NCBI GenBank assembly: GCA_965213705.1
Contig: OZ243913.1
Coordinates: 1,120,001-1,184,000 of the forward strand
Direction of reading: 5' to 3'
From: Trueperaceae bacterium
GTDB lineage: Bacteria; Deinococcota; Deinococci; Deinococcales; Trueperaceae
Length of the DNA: 64,000 nt
The translations under genes and the position numbers were made by a program. Shown one piece after another: positions 61,509 through 64,000 of this stretch. Below the pieces are notes generated by a model, which did no database searches, was not told the origin of the DNA, and saw only the letters and a program-made list of their open reading frames with translations. Each line of letters begins with the position of its first letter. Position 1 is the stretch's first letter.

Positions 61509-62117
61509 ATGGTTATCCAAGTTCGTGAAGACGTTGTTTTCGACGTGCTCGAGAAGCCGTTCGCCATCCGCTTGCCCTTTGCGCTGTCGGATGACGAGCT
61601 TTTGGAGCTTGCGTCCCTCAATCCCGAGGTGGGCCTGGAAGTCAGTGCGCAAGGAGACCTTATCGTCATGCCACCCGCCGGAGGGGAAAGCAGTCGTCGC
61701 AACGCTGACGTCGTCAGTCAGTTGTTCACTTGGTCGAAGCGTGATGGAACTGGGGTCGTTTACGACTCTTCGGGTGGATTTCGCCTACCCAACGGCGCGT
61801 TGCGCTCGCCGGACGCGTCCTGGGTGAGCCGAGAACAGCTCGAGCCCCTCAGCCCCGAGCAGCGCGAAAAGTTTTTGCCCCTGTGCCCGGCGTTCGTGGT
61901 CGAGTTGCTTTCCCCTTCGGACAGCTTGAAAGTAGCTCAGGAAAAGATGCAGGAATACCTCGAGAACGGTGCCGAACTCGGCTGGCTCATCGACGCAAAA
62001 ACGAAGCGGGTCCACGTTTACACGCCCGAAGGTGTGGTTGACCTCGAGGAGCCCGACACGCTGAGCGCCGAACCCGTATTGGTGGGGTTTAGGCTCGAGC
62101 TGAGTGAAATCTGGTAA
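61509..62117 (+). CDS. Uma2-family endonuclease-fold protein
   Basis: G.LIVMPP, DSSGGF.LPNG..RSPD.SW, CP.FVVEL.S and LGWLID motifs. Confidence 0.92.
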   Translation: MVIQVREDVVFDVLEKPFAIRLPFALSDDELLELASLNPEVGLEVSAQGDLIVMPPAGGESSRRNADVVSQLFTWSKRDGTGVVYDSSGGFRLPNGALRSPDASWVSREQLEPLSPEQREKFLPLCPAFVVELLSPSDSLKVAQEKMQEYLENGAELGWLIDAKTKRVHVYTPEGVVDLEEPDTLSAEPVLVGFRLELSEIW

Positions 62118-62410
62118 AGCTAAAACCTTGATGCGTTTGGCACACCTGGAGCTTCGAAAACCGTTGGGTGATGCAAACCCTCAATGCGACTGTTGCGCGC
62201 GTTAACTGCGTTAATTTCAACCAATGCTCAGCTCGTTTTGGAATAAATGGCATGAAAATAATCCCTTGAAAAACCAAGCCAAAGTTGTGGAAGAAGTCAA
62301 ACGTGGCGGGGTACGGGGGCTGAACGAGGGTGGGTGCTTAAAGCTCGAGGGGCCTGACAGTGCCACGCAGGTTTGCCACTCGCTCATGTTGCGCTGCTCT
62401 CAAGGCGGGG

Positions 62411-62989
62411 TCAGTAGACGGCGAGACCCGCCTCGCTCGGCACCAAAAAGCGGACCCAGCTCTCCTCGGGCAGTTTGTCTAGAGTAAGCTCGGCCGCGTA
62501 GAACATGCCGCTCACCTCGAAGCCGATAAGGCCCAAGCGGTAGGGCACCGCCGCGTAAATGTGTTTCCCTAGACCGGTAAGCCAGCGCTCGAGGGGCTTC
62601 TGCCACAGGTGCGCTTGTGCCTCGTGGCCGAAAGGAAAGCCGCCGACCGTGTCGTAAGTTTGCGCCAGCGCTCCCATCGGAAAGTAGAAGTCGAGCCAGT
62701 CAGGTCCGTCGTCTTCGCGCACGCTCACCGTGCCGCAGGGCACGCGTTCACCGTCCGTCAAGGTAGCGACGCCTTGCAGATGCGGGTGTTCCGACAACCT
62801 AAGAGGAGGTACGGCGACCTGTTCTGCAGGCTCGAGCCCGCGTGCCAAGTAGCAGCCCTCGAGTCCTTCATACGCCCAACACGCCTCGAGGGCCTGCGCC
62901 AGCCGCGCGTCGGAGCGCTCCCCCAGCTCGAGGGCGAGTTCGAGAAAGCCGCCACTCCAGGTATCTTTGTTGGTATAGCGCGCTTTCAC
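62411..62989 (-). CDS. Hypothetical protein (immunity-like)
   Basis: 192-aa ORF with host-like codon use; aromatic- and acidic-rich; family not recognised. Confidence 0.65.
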   Translation of the reverse strand: MKARYTNKDTWSGGFLELALELGERSDARLAQALEACWAYEGLEGCYLARGLEPAEQVAVPPLRLSEHPHLQGVATLTDGERVPCGTVSVREDDGPDWLDFYFPMGALAQTYDTVGGFPFGHEAQAHLWQKPLERWLTGLGKHIYAAVPYRLGLIGFEVSGMFYAAELTLDKLPEESWVRFLVPSEAGLAVY

Positions 62990-63109
62990 AGCTTAGTTGT
63001 CCCTTACTTCGAGCCGAGTTTGAAGTTCTGTCGTGTAGTGCCTTTATAAACGTCCCAGGGCGCTAGGAGTAAGCGTACGGCACAAGTCACTTCCGCTACG
63101 CCTACCTCT

Positions 63110-63616
63110 TCAGCCCTTGCTCGCTTCAGCCTCGAGCCGTTGCCTGAGCAAGACCCGATGTTCCCCGACGTAGGCGGTCAAACGTGTCCAAAACTCTTCC
63201 TCGTCGAAGTCGGCCTCGAGCCTGCCTATGTCTTTTTCTGCCGCCGCCCACTTATCACCGTGCGTCGCTTTCCAACTCGTAACGGGGTAAGGAACCTTCG
63301 CCCTGTCTTTTTGAACAGTTTCAAAAGTGATGTTTGCGGTCTCAGCCACGTCAAGGATGCGCCGCAACGTGCCCGCGCACGTGTACGCGCTCACACGCCC
63401 CAGCGCGGTCACCGTTTCCCTGGCGTACTTGCCTGAACTGTTCCCGAGGAAGTCGAGCATCCCGTTCATGGCGCGCTCTGTCTCAAAGTCGACGAGGAGC
63501 ATGACGACGGCGAGGGGGTCGTCGGTATCGCCCACTAAGCCTCGGTCCCTAAACTCGGTCAGGGGCGGCTGGTAGAGTTTGACCGCAAGCTCGTCCAAAA
63601 GCTGCTCGGGAGTCAC
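63110..63616 (-). CDS. DMP19/DUF4375-like protein
   Basis: E..MNG...FLGNSSGKY..ETV.AL motif and C-terminal L.AYV. Confidence 0.7.
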   Translation of the reverse strand: MTPEQLLDELAVKLYQPPLTEFRDRGLVGDTDDPLAVVMLLVDFETERAMNGMLDFLGNSSGKYARETVTALGRVSAYTCAGTLRRILDVAETANITFETVQKDRAKVPYPVTSWKATHGDKWAAAEKDIGRLEADFDEEEFWTRLTAYVGEHRVLLRQRLEAEASKG

Positions 63617-63736
63617 CGCGCGGCTCGGCAGCCGTTTAGAGGTCGAGTTCGACAAGGGTAAACGGAACCTTTGCAAGCGTGTCGAAGTCGGTAGGGTCGA
63701 ACCCTGTTACGCGCCGCGCCAGGTTGAAAACGTTCC

Positions 63737-64000
63737 TCAAGATACTTCAAATCCCTTCGACGTCAGGCAAAAGTCTGCAAATGTCTGTAGCCATTCGTAG
63801 GTGACCCCGTAATTTTTATGCATCGTTTCGGGCGCGCGGTAGAACGTGGCGTCGTCCGTGCCGGTCGTGCCGAAGTCGGTATTCAAACGTTCAAGCTCGA
63901 GCCGGGGTAGCACATCACGCTCGAGCCGCCGACCGACGCCTTTCGCTTCTTCCTGGGTGACGGTCGTGGAGCCGTTGAAACTCATCCCCTCGAGCCGCTC
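63737..64000 (-). CDS. Hypothetical protein, 3' part (frame open to the window edge)
   Basis: Ends W...F.DFC..SKGFEVS*. Confidence 0.55.
   Translation of the reverse strand, partial: ERLEGMSFNGSTTVTQEEAKGVGRRLERDVLPRLELERLNTDFGTTGTDDATFYRAPETMHKNYGVTYEWLQTFADFCLTSKGFEVS

Noticed and set aside
62343..62365. ctcgaggggcctgacagt as a duplicate of the Uma2 segment ctcgaggagcccgacacg
   Set aside because: Similarity stops after ~18 nt and could be chance given how frequent CTCGAG is.
62118..64000. Integron attC sites between the small genes
   Set aside because: No RYYYAAC...GTTRRRY inverted structure and no integrase were seen.

Overview
A GC-rich bacterial chromosome segment that looks like Deinococcota, probably Truepera/Meiothermus-like. 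This is an inference from gene content and from -10 boxes sitting 5-7 nt before many start codons (leaderless mRNAs). Housekeeping genes (purU, dnaG, tsaB/tsaE, moaD/moaE, hrcA, mgtE, deoC plus an ALDH16-type dehydrogenase) alternate with small accessory islets. These carry a single-chain type IIG/ISP-like restriction-modification enzyme, an orphan m6A methyltransferase, several intact, broken or stub toxin-antitoxin (TA) genes, and an immunity-like gene array. A ~21 kb glycan locus (36.5-57.2 kb) encodes pseudaminic-acid synthesis with N-acyl tailoring genes, a flippase, glycosyltransferases, an O-antigen-ligase-like protein, and a ligase-WbaP fusion. Four observations stand out. (1) The palindrome CTCGAG is strongly over-represented while GATC is nearly absent from core genes. 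(2) A TA cassette is flanked by a 66-nt diverged duplication of the RM gene 3' end that starts exactly at CTCGAG, suggesting palindrome-anchored cassette exchange. (3) An uncharacterised three-gene operon upstream of tsaE encodes two paralogous Roadblock-like proteins around a membrane protein. (4) The first and last enzymes of lipid-linked glycan assembly are fused in one ORF. All calls are by eye from motifs; no database searches were run, and counts are manual approximations.
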